From: an uncultured Clostridium sp.
GTDB taxonomy: Bacteria; Bacillota; Clostridia; TANB77; CAG-508
Assembly (NCBI GenBank): GCA_947365805.1
Contig: CANAZY010000001.1
Span: 98,842-162,841 of the forward strand
Direction of reading: 5' to 3'
DNA: 64,000 bases
Under the pieces are notes generated by a model. It searched no databases. It saw only the letters and a program-made list of their open reading frames with translations, and was not told where the DNA came from. Shown here piece by piece: positions 38,498 through 50,047 of the stretch (position 1 is the first letter of the stretch; every line of letters starts with the position of its first letter). Made by a program: the position numbers and the translations under genes.

Positions 38498-39871
38498 TCA
38501 TTTTCCTAGGCAAAATTTAGCAAATATTTCTTTTATAATTTCATCTGATACAGATTCGCCTGTAATCTTTCCAAGTTCCTCCATAATATCTTTTATATAC
38601 ATTCCAACCATATCGATTGGCAAATTTTGTTCGTTTGCCTCAATTGCTTTTTTCGTTTCTTCAATGGCTTTCGTAATAATATTTTTATGGCGAACATTGG
38701 TAATAATCGTATCATTTTCTAAGCGAATTTCATCTAACCTAAATAATCTTTCTATTTCATGATAAATTTCTTCCATTCCTTGTTTGTTTTTTGCTGATAT
38801 TGGAATAATTTTATCTTTTGGAAATTCTTTTTGTAATCTTTCTTTTACCTTATCTTCCACCTGAAGATCTATCTTATTTAATACTAAAATACATTTTTTA
38901 TCTTTCATGATTTGTAAAATTTCATTATCTTCTTCAGATAATTGTCTACTACCATCAAAAATGGCAATCATTAAATCTGCTTCGCTTGCACTCTTTCTAG
39001 AACGTTCAATTCCGATTTGCTCTACTTTATTATCTGCATTTCTTATTCCTGCTGTATCGATGATATTAATTGGAATTCCTTTGATGGAAACAGATTCTTG
39101 AATAATATCTCTGGTCGTTCCTTCAATTTCTGTTACAATTGCTCTTTCTTCTCTTAAAATAGCATTTAACAATGAGGATTTTCCCGCATTTGGCTTTCCT
39201 ATTAAGGCAATATTAATTCCTTCTTTAATAATTTTCCCAGTTTCAAAACTAATTTTTAGACGTTCCAATTCTTCTTGTACTTGCTTTAAGACCGTTTGTG
39301 CTTTGTTATGACTTACTTCTTCTACATCATATTCTGGATAATCAATTGATACTTCAACTTCTATCATAATAGACATTAATAAATCTCTTATTTTTTTAAT
39401 GTCTTCTGATAAACTCCCTTCTAATTGATGAATCGATGCTTTAGATTCTTTTTCTGTCTTTGCATGAATGATGTCAATAACCGCTTCTGCTTGTGATAAA
39501 TCCATTCGTCCATTTAAAAATGCTCGTTTGGTAAATTCCCCTGGCTCAGCAAGTTGAGCCCCATTTTCCAAACACATTTCTAGTATTTTTTGAACAACAT
39601 ACATACCACCATGTGAATTAATTTCGCATAAATCCTCTGTTGTATAACTATTTGGAGCCTTAAAAAAGGACACTAAAACCTCATCAATAATTTTGTCCTG
39701 CTCCATAATATAACCATATTTAATGCGATATCCTTCTATATGATTAAAATCAATTTCTTGTTTTGGTTTAAATATTTTTTGTAATATGGCATATGTATTT
39801 TCTCCACTCATACGTATAATTCCAATCCCTCCAATCCCTGGAGCTGTTGATATTGCTGCAATTGTGCTCAT
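38498..39871 (-). CDS. mnmE: tRNA modification GTPase MnmE
   Basis: G1 GKPNAGKSS, G3 DTAG, C-terminal CLGK. Confidence 0.92.
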   Translation of the reverse strand: MSTIAAISTAPGIGGIGIIRMSGENTYAILQKIFKPKQEIDFNHIEGYRIKYGYIMEQDKIIDEVLVSFFKAPNSYTTEDLCEINSHGGMYVVQKILEMCLENGAQLAEPGEFTKRAFLNGRMDLSQAEAVIDIIHAKTEKESKASIHQLEGSLSEDIKKIRDLLMSIMIEVEVSIDYPEYDVEEVSHNKAQTVLKQVQEELERLKISFETGKIIKEGINIALIGKPNAGKSSLLNAILREERAIVTEIEGTTRDIIQESVSIKGIPINIIDTAGIRNADNKVEQIGIERSRKSASEADLMIAIFDGSRQLSEEDNEILQIMKDKKCILVLNKIDLQVEDKVKERLQKEFPKDKIIPISAKNKQGMEEIYHEIERLFRLDEIRLENDTIITNVRHKNIITKAIEETKKAIEANEQNLPIDMVGMYIKDIMEELGKITGESVSDEIIKEIFAKFCLGK

Positions 39872-39974
39872 TTTTTCCTCCTTAAAATAAAAAAGTCAAA
39901 ATACAGATAATAACTAAGAGGCTTCTCTTATGTTTATTATAATCCGAACTTTGACTTCCGATTGTTCTATTTAA

Positions 39975-40661
39975 TTATTTTAATGAAATAACGACTTTAC
40001 GATATGGTTCTTCCCCAACACTTGAAGTTGTTACTCTTGTACTATCTTGTAATTTTGTATGAATAATTTTTCTTTCATAAGCAGTCATCGGTTCTAATGT
40101 AATCGATTTTTTTGTTCTAATAACTGTCTTTTCAAGCTTTTCTGCTAATTCTTCTAATGATTTTTCTCTTTTTTCTTTATAACCACATATATTTAAAATC
40201 ACTCTTACTTTATATTCTGAATCCTTGCTTGCAATAGAAGATAAAATAATTTGTAATTGATTTAATACTTCTCCTCTATGACCAATTAAATAATTTAAAT
40301 CTTCTCCATCAATATCAACTTTTAAATATCCATCTTCTTGTTTTACCTCATAACGAATTTCTTGATTTGGAATTACTTTTATAAAGTCTTTCAAAAATTC
40401 TTCTACTTGTTTTATTGCTTTCGTAAAATCAATATGTGCCATTTCTTCTTTATTTCTTTTTACTTTTTGCTCTTTCGCTTCTTTTTTGCTAATAATTTCT
40501 ACCTTTACAACTCTTGGTGTTAAAATACTAAAAAAGCTTCTTTTATCTTCATTCTCTAATACTTTAATTTCTGCATCTTCTTTTCTAATTCCTAATTCTT
40601 TTAACCCTATCTCAATTGCTTCTCCAGTGGTTTTTCCTTCAAAAATCTTTCCTTGTGGCAT
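39975..40661 (-). CDS. jag: Jag/KhpB RNA-binding protein (KH plus R3H)
   Basis: Jag_N start MPQGKIFEGKTTGEAIE, C-terminal R3H (ERKIIH); synteny after yidC. Confidence 0.85.
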   Translation of the reverse strand: MPQGKIFEGKTTGEAIEIGLKELGIRKEDAEIKVLENEDKRSFFSILTPRVVKVEIISKKEAKEQKVKRNKEEMAHIDFTKAIKQVEEFLKDFIKVIPNQEIRYEVKQEDGYLKVDIDGEDLNYLIGHRGEVLNQLQIILSSIASKDSEYKVRVILNICGYKEKREKSLEELAEKLEKTVIRTKKSITLEPMTAYERKIIHTKLQDSTRVTTSSVGEEPYRKVVISLK

Positions 40662-41486
40662 TTATTCTTCCTCCTCATCTTTTAAAAATCGATTTAAGAT
40701 AAGTCTTTCAATAATCATTAATAAATTATTTACTAGCCAATATAAAGCAAGTCCTAATGGTGCAATAATAGCAATCGATACACTCATAATTGGCATAATA
40801 TAGCTCATACTTTTATTAGCTTGCGCTACAGCATCCATTTCGTCTGATGTTCCCTCTTTATCTTTTTTCTTTGCTTGTATACTTGTTGTCATTCTCATAG
40901 AAATAAATGAAGTTAACACATATAATGCAGGAATCACGTAAACGCGCCAATCTGAAACATTTTGAGAAGGTACACTACTTAAATCCAAACCAACAAATTC
41001 CATATTAATATTAACTCTATCATCTGTTTGTCCTTTTTCCTTAATGATCGCAATCTCTGGATATGGGTCATTTTTATGTTCCTCTTGTGCTTTAATTTCA
41101 TTTGTATATTGTTCTACAAGCGCTGGCTCTACTTTTGACATATATGTAAGCGGACTTCTAACTAGATAAAACACAGCAAACAATAAAATAATTTGTATAA
41201 TTGCACTTAAACATCCACTAAATGGACTCATCTTTTCTCTTTTATATAAATCAATCGTTTCTTGATTTAATTTTTCTGGATTATTTTTATATTTATCTTG
41301 AATTTCTCTCATTTTTGCTTGAATCTTTGCTGATTTTTTCATTGTTTTTTGTTGTTTAATTGAAATTGGTAACATTACCACTTTTAAAACAATCGAAAAC
41401 AAAATAATCGCAAGACCATAGTTATGGATTAATTGATATAAAAAATTTAATACATAACCAAATAAATTCGCAAAAAAAGATATCAT
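40662..41486 (-). CDS. yidC: Membrane protein insertase YidC/SpoIIIJ family
   Basis: 60-kDa IMP core, about 5 TM, synteny rnpA-yidD-yidC-jag. Confidence 0.88.
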   Translation of the reverse strand: MISFFANLFGYVLNFLYQLIHNYGLAIILFSIVLKVVMLPISIKQQKTMKKSAKIQAKMREIQDKYKNNPEKLNQETIDLYKREKMSPFSGCLSAIIQIILLFAVFYLVRSPLTYMSKVEPALVEQYTNEIKAQEEHKNDPYPEIAIIKEKGQTDDRVNINMEFVGLDLSSVPSQNVSDWRVYVIPALYVLTSFISMRMTTSIQAKKKDKEGTSDEMDAVAQANKSMSYIMPIMSVSIAIIAPLGLALYWLVNNLLMIIERLILNRFLKDEEEE

Positions 41487-41499
41487 ATTTATTCTCCTT

Positions 41500-41718
41500 T
41501 TATTTTAAAGGGTCATATCCCCCTTTTGAAAAGGGATTACACTTTAAAATTCTTTTTATTCCAAGCCATATCCCTTTTATTGTTCCATATTTTTCAATTG
41601 CTTGCTTTGTATATTCAGAACATGTTGGGTAATATTTGCAATCAAATCCTAAAATATGAAATAAATTGGATATATACTTTTTATAGAAATGAATTAAAAA
41701 AATAGCAATTTTTTTCAT
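41500..41718 (-). CDS. yidD: Membrane protein insertion efficiency factor YidD
   Basis: [10 protein letters not shown] signature. Confidence 0.9.
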   Translation of the reverse strand: MKKIAIFLIHFYKKYISNLFHILGFDCKYYPTCSEYTKQAIEKYGTIKGIWLGIKRILKCNPFSKGGYDPLK

Positions 41719-42056
41719 TGTAATATACCTATTCTGGTCAATACGTGAATCATATCTTGTTTAATGTTTTGAAAAGTAGCTTCTTTAATATCTCTTTTCT
41801 TTTTCCATAAAAAAACAATATGATATCCTGTATCTAGCTTGTCCTCTAACAAACGATAATTTTCATACATTAATCGTTTAATTCGATTTCTCTTAACTGC
41901 TTTTGCAACTTTTACCGAAACAGCAATTCCAATACGATTGATATTACTTTTATGTCTCGTTACAAAAACATCTAAATATGTTCCAGAATAATATTTTCCT
42001 TTTGTTAATATTTTTTTAAATTCATAATTTTTCTTTAATTTTAATGTTTTTTTCAT
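41715..42056 (-). CDS. rnpA: RNase P protein component
   Basis: 113-aa basic protein, RNR-like motif [10 protein letters not shown], downstream of rpmH. Confidence 0.9.
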   Translation of the reverse strand: MKKTLKLKKNYEFKKILTKGKYYSGTYLDVFVTRHKSNINRIGIAVSVKVAKAVKRNRIKRLMYENYRLLEDKLDTGYHIVFLWKKKRDIKEATFQNIKQDMIHVLTRIGILQ

Positions 42057-42117
42057 TTTTCATCACTCTTAAAGGCTACCGTAAAAAGAGTCACAAACAA
42101 TTGTGACTCAAAATAAC

Positions 42118-42252
42118 TTAAGCACTTAATTTTTTTCTTCCTTTAGCACGTCTAGCTTTTAATATATTTCTACCTGCTCTAGTTGCCATTCTTTTCATGA
42201 AACCATGTTCTTTTTGTTCTTGTCTCTTTTTTGGTTGAAATGTTCTTTTCAT
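42118..42252 (-). CDS. rpmH: 50S ribosomal protein L34 (below the ORF-track size cut-off)
   Basis: Manual translation [44 protein letters not shown]; GGAGG RBS; hairpin plus T-run at about 42089..42110. Confidence 0.9.
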   Translation of the reverse strand: MKRTFQPKKRQEQKEHGFMKRMATRAGRNILKARRAKGRKKLSA

Positions 42253-42456
42253 TTTGCACCTCCTAATTCTTTTTCCCGTAAGTTATCTATCTAATTTTCT
42301 TACTCGCAAAATAAGTATTGTTATTATATAATATTACTCCCCCATTTGTCAAGATATGTAAACTATTTTTTTTAATATTATAAAAATCATTTTATTGAAA
42401 TATTTTTTATTATTTTTAATGTGCTTTTTCTTACGCACACTTGCCTTCTAGAAAAC

Positions 42457-42633
42457 TTATCCACATTTTTTTGAAAATTTTCCACATTTGTATTGACTAT
42501 TTTCTTCTTTTTTTGATATGATTATCTAGCAATAAAATAAATATAAAATTTTTATACAAAAGAAAACTTTTATCTTACATTTATTAAAATGCCAAAAAAT
42601 ATTATCAACATTTGTGGATAAGTGTGTGGATAA
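42457..42633. promoter_or_regulatory. oriC part 1 / dnaA promoter region with DnaA boxes
   Basis: TTATCCACA 42457..42465, TTTTCCACA 42478..42486, TTATCAACA 42602..42610, TGTGGATAA 42613..42621 and 42625..42633. Confidence 0.85.
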
Positions 42634-42701
42634 GTTTGCTTTTTATTTTTTGCAAATGTTTATATTTAAAGAAAAATCCCTGTGGAAGGAATGAATCAAC
42701 A

Positions 42702-44045
42702 ATGCAAAATGAATTAACCGAACTTTTAAAAGAAGCAAAAGAACTATTAAAAGACGAAATGACTCGTATTTCATATGATACCTGGATAAAAAACTTAGAA
42801 ATATTAGGAAAAGAACAAAACACCTACATCCTAGGTGTTACTTCTGATCTTCAAAGAGATGCCATTATGAATCGTAATTATGAGTTAATTTTAAATACCT
42901 TTAAATATATTACGAATTCAGAATGTGATATTGCTGTTCGTGAAATGGGATATGTTTCAAATAATCAAGATCAAAAAAATGCAATGGCTGATTCTGTTAG
43001 CTCTATTACTGGATATTCCAATTCTTTTTTAAACCCAAAATACACTTTTGATACATTTGTTGTTGGAAATAGCAACCGTTTTGCACACGCTGCTGCATTA
43101 GCAGTCGCTGAAGCACCAGCAACTTCTTATAATCCATTATTTTTATACGGTGGAGTAGGTCTTGGAAAAACACACTTAATGCATGCCATTGGAAATGAAA
43201 TTTTAAAACATGACCATTCTGCAAAAATTTTATACGTTACTTCTGAAAAATTTACGAATCAATTGATTAATGCTATTAAAGATAATACAAATGAAGCATT
43301 TCGTAATTGTTACCGAAATGTAGATGTATTATTAATTGATGATATTCAATTTATTGCTGGAAAAGAACGTATCCAAGAAGAATTTTTCCACACTTTTAAT
43401 ACATTACATGAAAGTGGAAAACAAATTATTCTTTCAAGTGATAGACCACCAAAAGAAATAAAATTATTAGAAGACCGTTTAAAATCTCGTTTTGAGTGGG
43501 GATTAATTGCTGATATCTCAAACCCAGATTACGAGACACGTCTTGCTATTTTAAGAAAAAAAGCACAATCCGATAATATTATGATTGATGATACGATTCT
43601 TTCAAATATTGCAACAAAAATTGATACTAATATTAGAGAACTAGAAGGTGTTTTAAATAAAATGATTGCAAAAGCATCACTAACTCATAGTCCTTTAACC
43701 CTAGAAATGGCAGAAAAAGCAATAAATGATATTGTTTCTCAAAAAGAAAAAGTCGTATCTGCAGAAGCTATTCAAGAAGTCGTTGCAAAATACTTTAATA
43801 TTAATGCAAAAGATTTAAAAAGCTCAAAACGTTCTAATGATTTAGCCTATCCAAGGCAAATTGCGATGTACTTATGTAGAGATGTTGCACAAATGCAACT
43901 TGCTAAAATAGGGGAGTGTTTTGGAAAAAGAGACCATACTACCGTTATGCATGCTTGTCGAAAAATTGATGCTGAAATAAAAGAAAACGGAAATACAAAA
44001 TTAATTGTGGAAAGTGTGAAAAACTTATTACTTAATTCCAACTAA
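42702..44045 (+). CDS. dnaA: Chromosomal replication initiator DnaA (start at the internal ATG, MQNELTELL)
   Basis: Walker A GGVGLGKTHL, DDIQF, C-terminal DnaA signature; the track's N-terminal extension covers the DnaA boxes. Confidence 0.95.
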   Translation: MQNELTELLKEAKELLKDEMTRISYDTWIKNLEILGKEQNTYILGVTSDLQRDAIMNRNYELILNTFKYITNSECDIAVREMGYVSNNQDQKNAMADSVSSITGYSNSFLNPKYTFDTFVVGNSNRFAHAAALAVAEAPATSYNPLFLYGGVGLGKTHLMHAIGNEILKHDHSAKILYVTSEKFTNQLINAIKDNTNEAFRNCYRNVDVLLIDDIQFIAGKERIQEEFFHTFNTLHESGKQIILSSDRPPKEIKLLEDRLKSRFEWGLIADISNPDYETRLAILRKKAQSDNIMIDDTILSNIATKIDTNIRELEGVLNKMIAKASLTHSPLTLEMAEKAINDIVSQKEKVVSAEAIQEVVAKYFNINAKDLKSSKRSNDLAYPRQIAMYLCRDVAQMQLAKIGECFGKRDHTTVMHACRKIDAEIKENGNTKLIVESVKNLLLNSN

Positions 44046-44146
44046 TATATATATCCGTAAGAATTGTAGCTTGCTTAAAAAAAATGTTTGCAAAACCTTC
44101 GTTTTAAAAAAAACCGCTTTTTCTTCTTACGGAACTGTTTAGTTAG

Positions 44147-44340
44147 TTATACACAATTGTGATGTTAAAAACCTGTTAGTAATATGTTAATAATCAATTA
44201 TTCACAAAAGAAAAAATAGAAATGTGGATATTATCATGATTTTTCAACAAAATAATCCACACCTGTTTTCTTACGGTTACAATGGATTGCAGTACTTTTA
44301 CACCAAATCCACAGTACCTATTACTATTACTACTAAATAT
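44147..44340. promoter_or_regulatory. oriC part 2 (dnaA-dnaN spacer): DnaA boxes plus an AT-rich unwinding region
   Basis: TTATACACA 44147..44155, TGTGGATAT 44223..44231, TAATCCACA 44253..44261, AAATCCACA 44305..44313, then an AT-rich run. Confidence 0.7.
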
Positions 44341-44368
44341 ATTATATTTTATAAAAGGAGTGAAACCA

Positions 44369-45484
44369 ATGAAATTTATTTGCGAAAAGGATAAAATCCT
44401 AAAAGCGCTTAATTCCGTAATAAAAGCTGTTGCATCAAAAACAACCATGCCTATATTAGAAGGAATTTTAATTCAAACAAATGAAAATGAAATAAAATTT
44501 ACAACCTATGATTTAGAAATAGGAATTGAATATATTATGGAAGCAAGTGTACAAGAACAAGGAAGTACAGTTGTTAATGCCATCATGTTTAGTGAAATTA
44601 TGAGGAAATTACCAGATTCTGAAATCAATATTGCAGTAAATAATAATAATTTACTTGTTATTGAATGTGAAGGTTCTTTATATAAACTTGCAACTATGAA
44701 TCCAGATGAATTTCCAGAATTACCTAAAATAGCAGTAGAGAATTCCATTACGATTGAACAAAATACATTAAAAAATATGATTCGTAAAACTATTTTTGCA
44801 GTAAGTATAGAAGAAAATAGACCAATTTTTACAGGATGTTTATTTCAAACAGTAGGAAATAAATTAAATGTAGTAGCAGTTGATGGATTTAGACTTGCGT
44901 GGAATAGTACCACATTAAATAATAAAACAAATGACTTTAGTGCTGTTATTCCAGGAAAAACATTAAATGAAGTAAATAAAATTATATTAGATTCTTTTGA
45001 AACCATTACAATAGGAGTTTCTAAAAATCAAGCACTATTTGAAATGGATAATTGTAAAATTGTAACACGTTTGTTAGATGGAGAATTTTTAAATTATAAT
45101 AATGTTATACCAGAACAATGGGAAACAAGAATTAGAACAAACAAAAGTAATTTACAAGATTGTTTTGAAAGAATTAGCTTAATTTCAGCTTCATCAACAG
45201 AAAAAGAAAAGAAATATCCAGTAAAAGTATTAATTGATATTGGGAAAATAACCATTTCTTGTACAAACCAAACAGGAGATGCAAAAGAAGAATTATATGT
45301 ATCAACAGAAGGAAAGAATTTAGAAGCAGGATTTAATCCAAAATACTTCTTAGATGCATTAAAAGTAATAGAAGATGAAGAAATATTTGTAGACTTTGGT
45401 TCTAGTATATCACCATGTGTGATAAGACCAGTAGATGATGGTGACTATACTTATATGATTTTACCAATTCGTTTAAAAGAATAA
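44369..45484 (+). CDS. dnaN: DNA polymerase III beta sliding clamp (start MKFICEKDKIL)
   Basis: Three-domain clamp homology, AAGGAG RBS. Confidence 0.93.
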   Translation: MKFICEKDKILKALNSVIKAVASKTTMPILEGILIQTNENEIKFTTYDLEIGIEYIMEASVQEQGSTVVNAIMFSEIMRKLPDSEINIAVNNNNLLVIECEGSLYKLATMNPDEFPELPKIAVENSITIEQNTLKNMIRKTIFAVSIEENRPIFTGCLFQTVGNKLNVVAVDGFRLAWNSTTLNNKTNDFSAVIPGKTLNEVNKIILDSFETITIGVSKNQALFEMDNCKIVTRLLDGEFLNYNNVIPEQWETRIRTNKSNLQDCFERISLISASSTEKEKKYPVKVLIDIGKITISCTNQTGDAKEELYVSTEGKNLEAGFNPKYFLDALKVIEDEEIFVDFGSSISPCVIRPVDDGDYTYMILPIRLKE

Positions 45485-45497
45485 TTGGAGAAAAGAT

Positions 45498-46574
45498 ATG
45501 TATATCAAAAACATAAAATTAACTAATTTTAGAAATTATAAAAACCAACAAGTTGAACTTGATAAAGAAATGAATTTGTTTTATGGGGAAAATGCACAAG
45601 GAAAAACAAACATATTAGAAGCTGTATTTTTATGTGCCATTGGAAAATCGTTTCGAGCTAAAAAAGAAAAAGAGTTAATTCATTTAGAAGAAAAAAACGC
45701 TTGTATTGAAATGGAATATGAAAAAGAAGATAGAAGCGGGAAAATAAAAATTGAATTAAATGATAAAAAAAATATTTATTTAAATGGAATTAAACAATCT
45801 AAATTAAGTGATATCTTAGGTAAAATTAATATTGTTATGTTTAGTCCAGATGATATTGAAATTTTAAAAAGTGGACCAGCAAAACGTAGAAGATTTTTAA
45901 ATATAATGATTAGTCAATTAAGACCCAAATATGTATATTGTTTAAATATGTATTTAAAAACGTTAGAGCAACGTAACCACTATTTAAGGCAAATAGCAAA
46001 TGAAAATAGTTCACAAGAATTATTAGAAATATGGGATGAAAAATTAGCGGAATATGGAGCACAAGTTTATGAATACCGAAATGAATTTATAGAAAAAATA
46101 AAAGAAAAAATTAGTAATATTCATAACAATATAACACAACAACAAGAAGAATTAAAAATAAAATACCTATCGGATTGCCAAACCAAAGAAACGTACAAAG
46201 AAGAACTAAAAAAAGCAAGACAGTCAGATATTGAGAGAGGATATACAGTAAAGGGAATTCATCGAGATGATATTTATTTCTTTATCAATAAAAAACAAGT
46301 TAATATTTATGGTTCACAAGGGCAAAATCGTACGGTAATATTATCTTTAAAACTAGCAGAGTTAGAAATTATCAAAGAGGAAATAGGGGAATATCCCATT
46401 TTATTATTAGATGATTTTATGTCTGAATTAGATGGGAAAAGAAGAGAAAATTTTTTGAAAAATATAAGTAATACACAAATATTAATTACTTGTACCGATG
46501 AATTCACAATTCCTGATAAAATGTGCAAAACCTTTCAAGTAAATAAAGGAAATGTGGAAAATATCAATAAATAG
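45498..46574 (+). CDS. recF: DNA replication/repair protein RecF
   Basis: Walker A GENAQGKTNILEA, signature SQGQNRT, Walker B LLLDD. Confidence 0.92.
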   Translation: MYIKNIKLTNFRNYKNQQVELDKEMNLFYGENAQGKTNILEAVFLCAIGKSFRAKKEKELIHLEEKNACIEMEYEKEDRSGKIKIELNDKKNIYLNGIKQSKLSDILGKINIVMFSPDDIEILKSGPAKRRRFLNIMISQLRPKYVYCLNMYLKTLEQRNHYLRQIANENSSQELLEIWDEKLAEYGAQVYEYRNEFIEKIKEKISNIHNNITQQQEELKIKYLSDCQTKETYKEELKKARQSDIERGYTVKGIHRDDIYFFINKKQVNIYGSQGQNRTVILSLKLAELEIIKEEIGEYPILLLDDFMSELDGKRRENFLKNISNTQILITCTDEFTIPDKMCKTFQVNKGNVENINK

Positions 46575-46582
46575 GAGAAATT

Positions 46583-46837
46583 ATGTATCTACATATAGGA
46601 AAAGATGAAATGATAAAAAAAGAACATATTTTATTTATTTTAGATTATAAAAATTTAAAGGAAAATAAAATATTTCAAGACTTCATCCAAAGTATACCAA
46701 AAGAAAATAAAACAGATATTAGTGGAGAAAATCCAAAATCAATTATTATCACAAAAGAAAATGAAAAAATAAAAGTTTATATTTCCAATATTTCTTCTAG
46801 CACGTTAGCTAGTAGAAAGACATTTGAGAATTTATAA
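46583..46837 (+). CDS. DUF370 (RemB/YaaB-like) protein
   Basis: Small ORF in the conserved recF-(remB)-gyrB position. Confidence 0.65.
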   Translation: MYLHIGKDEMIKKEHILFILDYKNLKENKIFQDFIQSIPKENKTDISGENPKSIIITKENEKIKVYISNISSSTLASRKTFENL

Positions 46838-46902
46838 AAAATAAACTTGCTTTTTTTAAAATAAACGATATAATAAACATGGACAAAGAGGAAATCTCTT
46901 AA

Positions 46903-48828
<1,926 letters not shown>

Positions 48829-48831
48829 ATT

Positions 48832-48872
48832 TAATAGCGTAATACTGTATAATATACAGCATTACGCTATTA
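48832..48872. repeat. 41-bp near-perfect palindrome just after gyrB (terminator and/or insertion junction)
   Basis: TAATAGCGTAATACTGTATA / TATACAGCATTACGCTATTA, one mismatch, no T-run. Confidence 0.55.
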
Positions 48873-49456
48873 ATCGTATAAAGCTAATATTAATCTTCAG
48901 CGAAAACTCTTATGCATAATTACTCACCTAATGTATATTACTATACAAATAAGCAATTCACCACACATAAAAATCAGTTGCTCGACTTTAAATACAATTG
49001 CACATATCTATATTCATCCGAAAAGGACTAATAATAAACACGTAAACTATAAATAAAATCTTAACCCAAAATAATTACCTATATTACAACCATATAGAAA
49101 AATAAATAAAACAATTCTATCAAATAAAATTAAAATAAATATTAATACAGCTTGCCTACAAATAATTACTTCTTTGGCTCCGACATAATATAACCTAAGT
49201 TATAAGCTATATTACATCTTTGCTCGAATAATACAAAACCAATATATGACCTCATATTACTCTTTGTTCAACTAATATTAACCTTATACACATATTATGA
49301 CCGAATGAGAAAAAAATATACATCAAAGAAAGAAAAAATATTTTGTCGAAAAATGTCTTACGATTTTTGTTGACAAATATCAAAAAAGGACTTATCATAA
49401 AAATAGTTAATTTAAAAAATTGATTCAAAATATTTTTATCAAAAAAAGGAGAAACC

Positions 49457-50020
49457 ATGAAGCAAGAAACAATAGAGTCAATACAAGAATGGTTGCCAAT
49501 TGTTCAAATCCTCGAAAACGGAATTATCCAATTAAAAGAAAATCACTATATCAAAATTATCAAAATCATTCCTGTCAACTATAGTTTAAAATCCGATTTA
49601 GAAAAAGAGGCAATCTTACATTCTTATCAAACATTTTTAAAAACATGTCATTTCGATATGCAACTAGTTGTACAAAGCAATAAAGAAGATTTATCTCATC
49701 ATATTCAAACAATCAAAAGACAAAATGAAAAAGAAAAACATAAAAATCGATTATTATTATCCGAAAGTTATATTGAATTTATTCAAAAAAAGAATCAAGA
49801 ACAACTTTCTTCTTCCAAAAATTTTTATATTATCATTGAAAAATCAAATTTTCAAAATAAAAATCAAAAAACAAACTTTCAAGAAATTATTTTCCAAGAA
49901 TTAAATGAAAACTATTTAAAAATAAAAGAATGTCTTTCAAGATGTGGTAATCTTGCTATCGCAATAGAAGAACCTCATATCATACAAGAAATACTACAAT
50001 CTTTTTTTGGAAGAAATTAA
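49457..50020 (+). CDS. Hypothetical protein, T4SS-associated (resembles N-terminal regions of Gram-positive VirB4/TrsE-type proteins)
   Basis: 187-aa ORF with an RBS, immediately upstream of the VirB4-like gene; assignment by weak pattern similarity only. Confidence 0.35.
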   Translation: MKQETIESIQEWLPIVQILENGIIQLKENHYIKIIKIIPVNYSLKSDLEKEAILHSYQTFLKTCHFDMQLVVQSNKEDLSHHIQTIKRQNEKEKHKNRLLLSESYIEFIQKKNQEQLSSSKNFYIIIEKSNFQNKNQKTNFQEIIFQELNENYLKIKECLSRCGNLAIAIEEPHIIQEILQSFFGRN

Positions 50021-50047
50021 AAATTTAATACAAGGAGAAAAAATATA

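Noticed and set aside
42612-42701. N-terminal extensions of the dnaA ORF (42612) and the dnaN ORF (44282)
   Set aside because: The extensions run across DnaA boxes and oriC DNA and start at a TTG or a weak ATG without an RBS. Internal ATGs at 42702 and 44369 have RBSs and give canonical N-termini.
49457-50047. ORF 49457..50020 as a frameshifted N-terminal part of the VirB4-like gene
   Set aside because: It ends in a clean TAA. A separate AAGGAG RBS and ATG follow, and there is no CGG or other slippery feature. It is treated as an independent gene.
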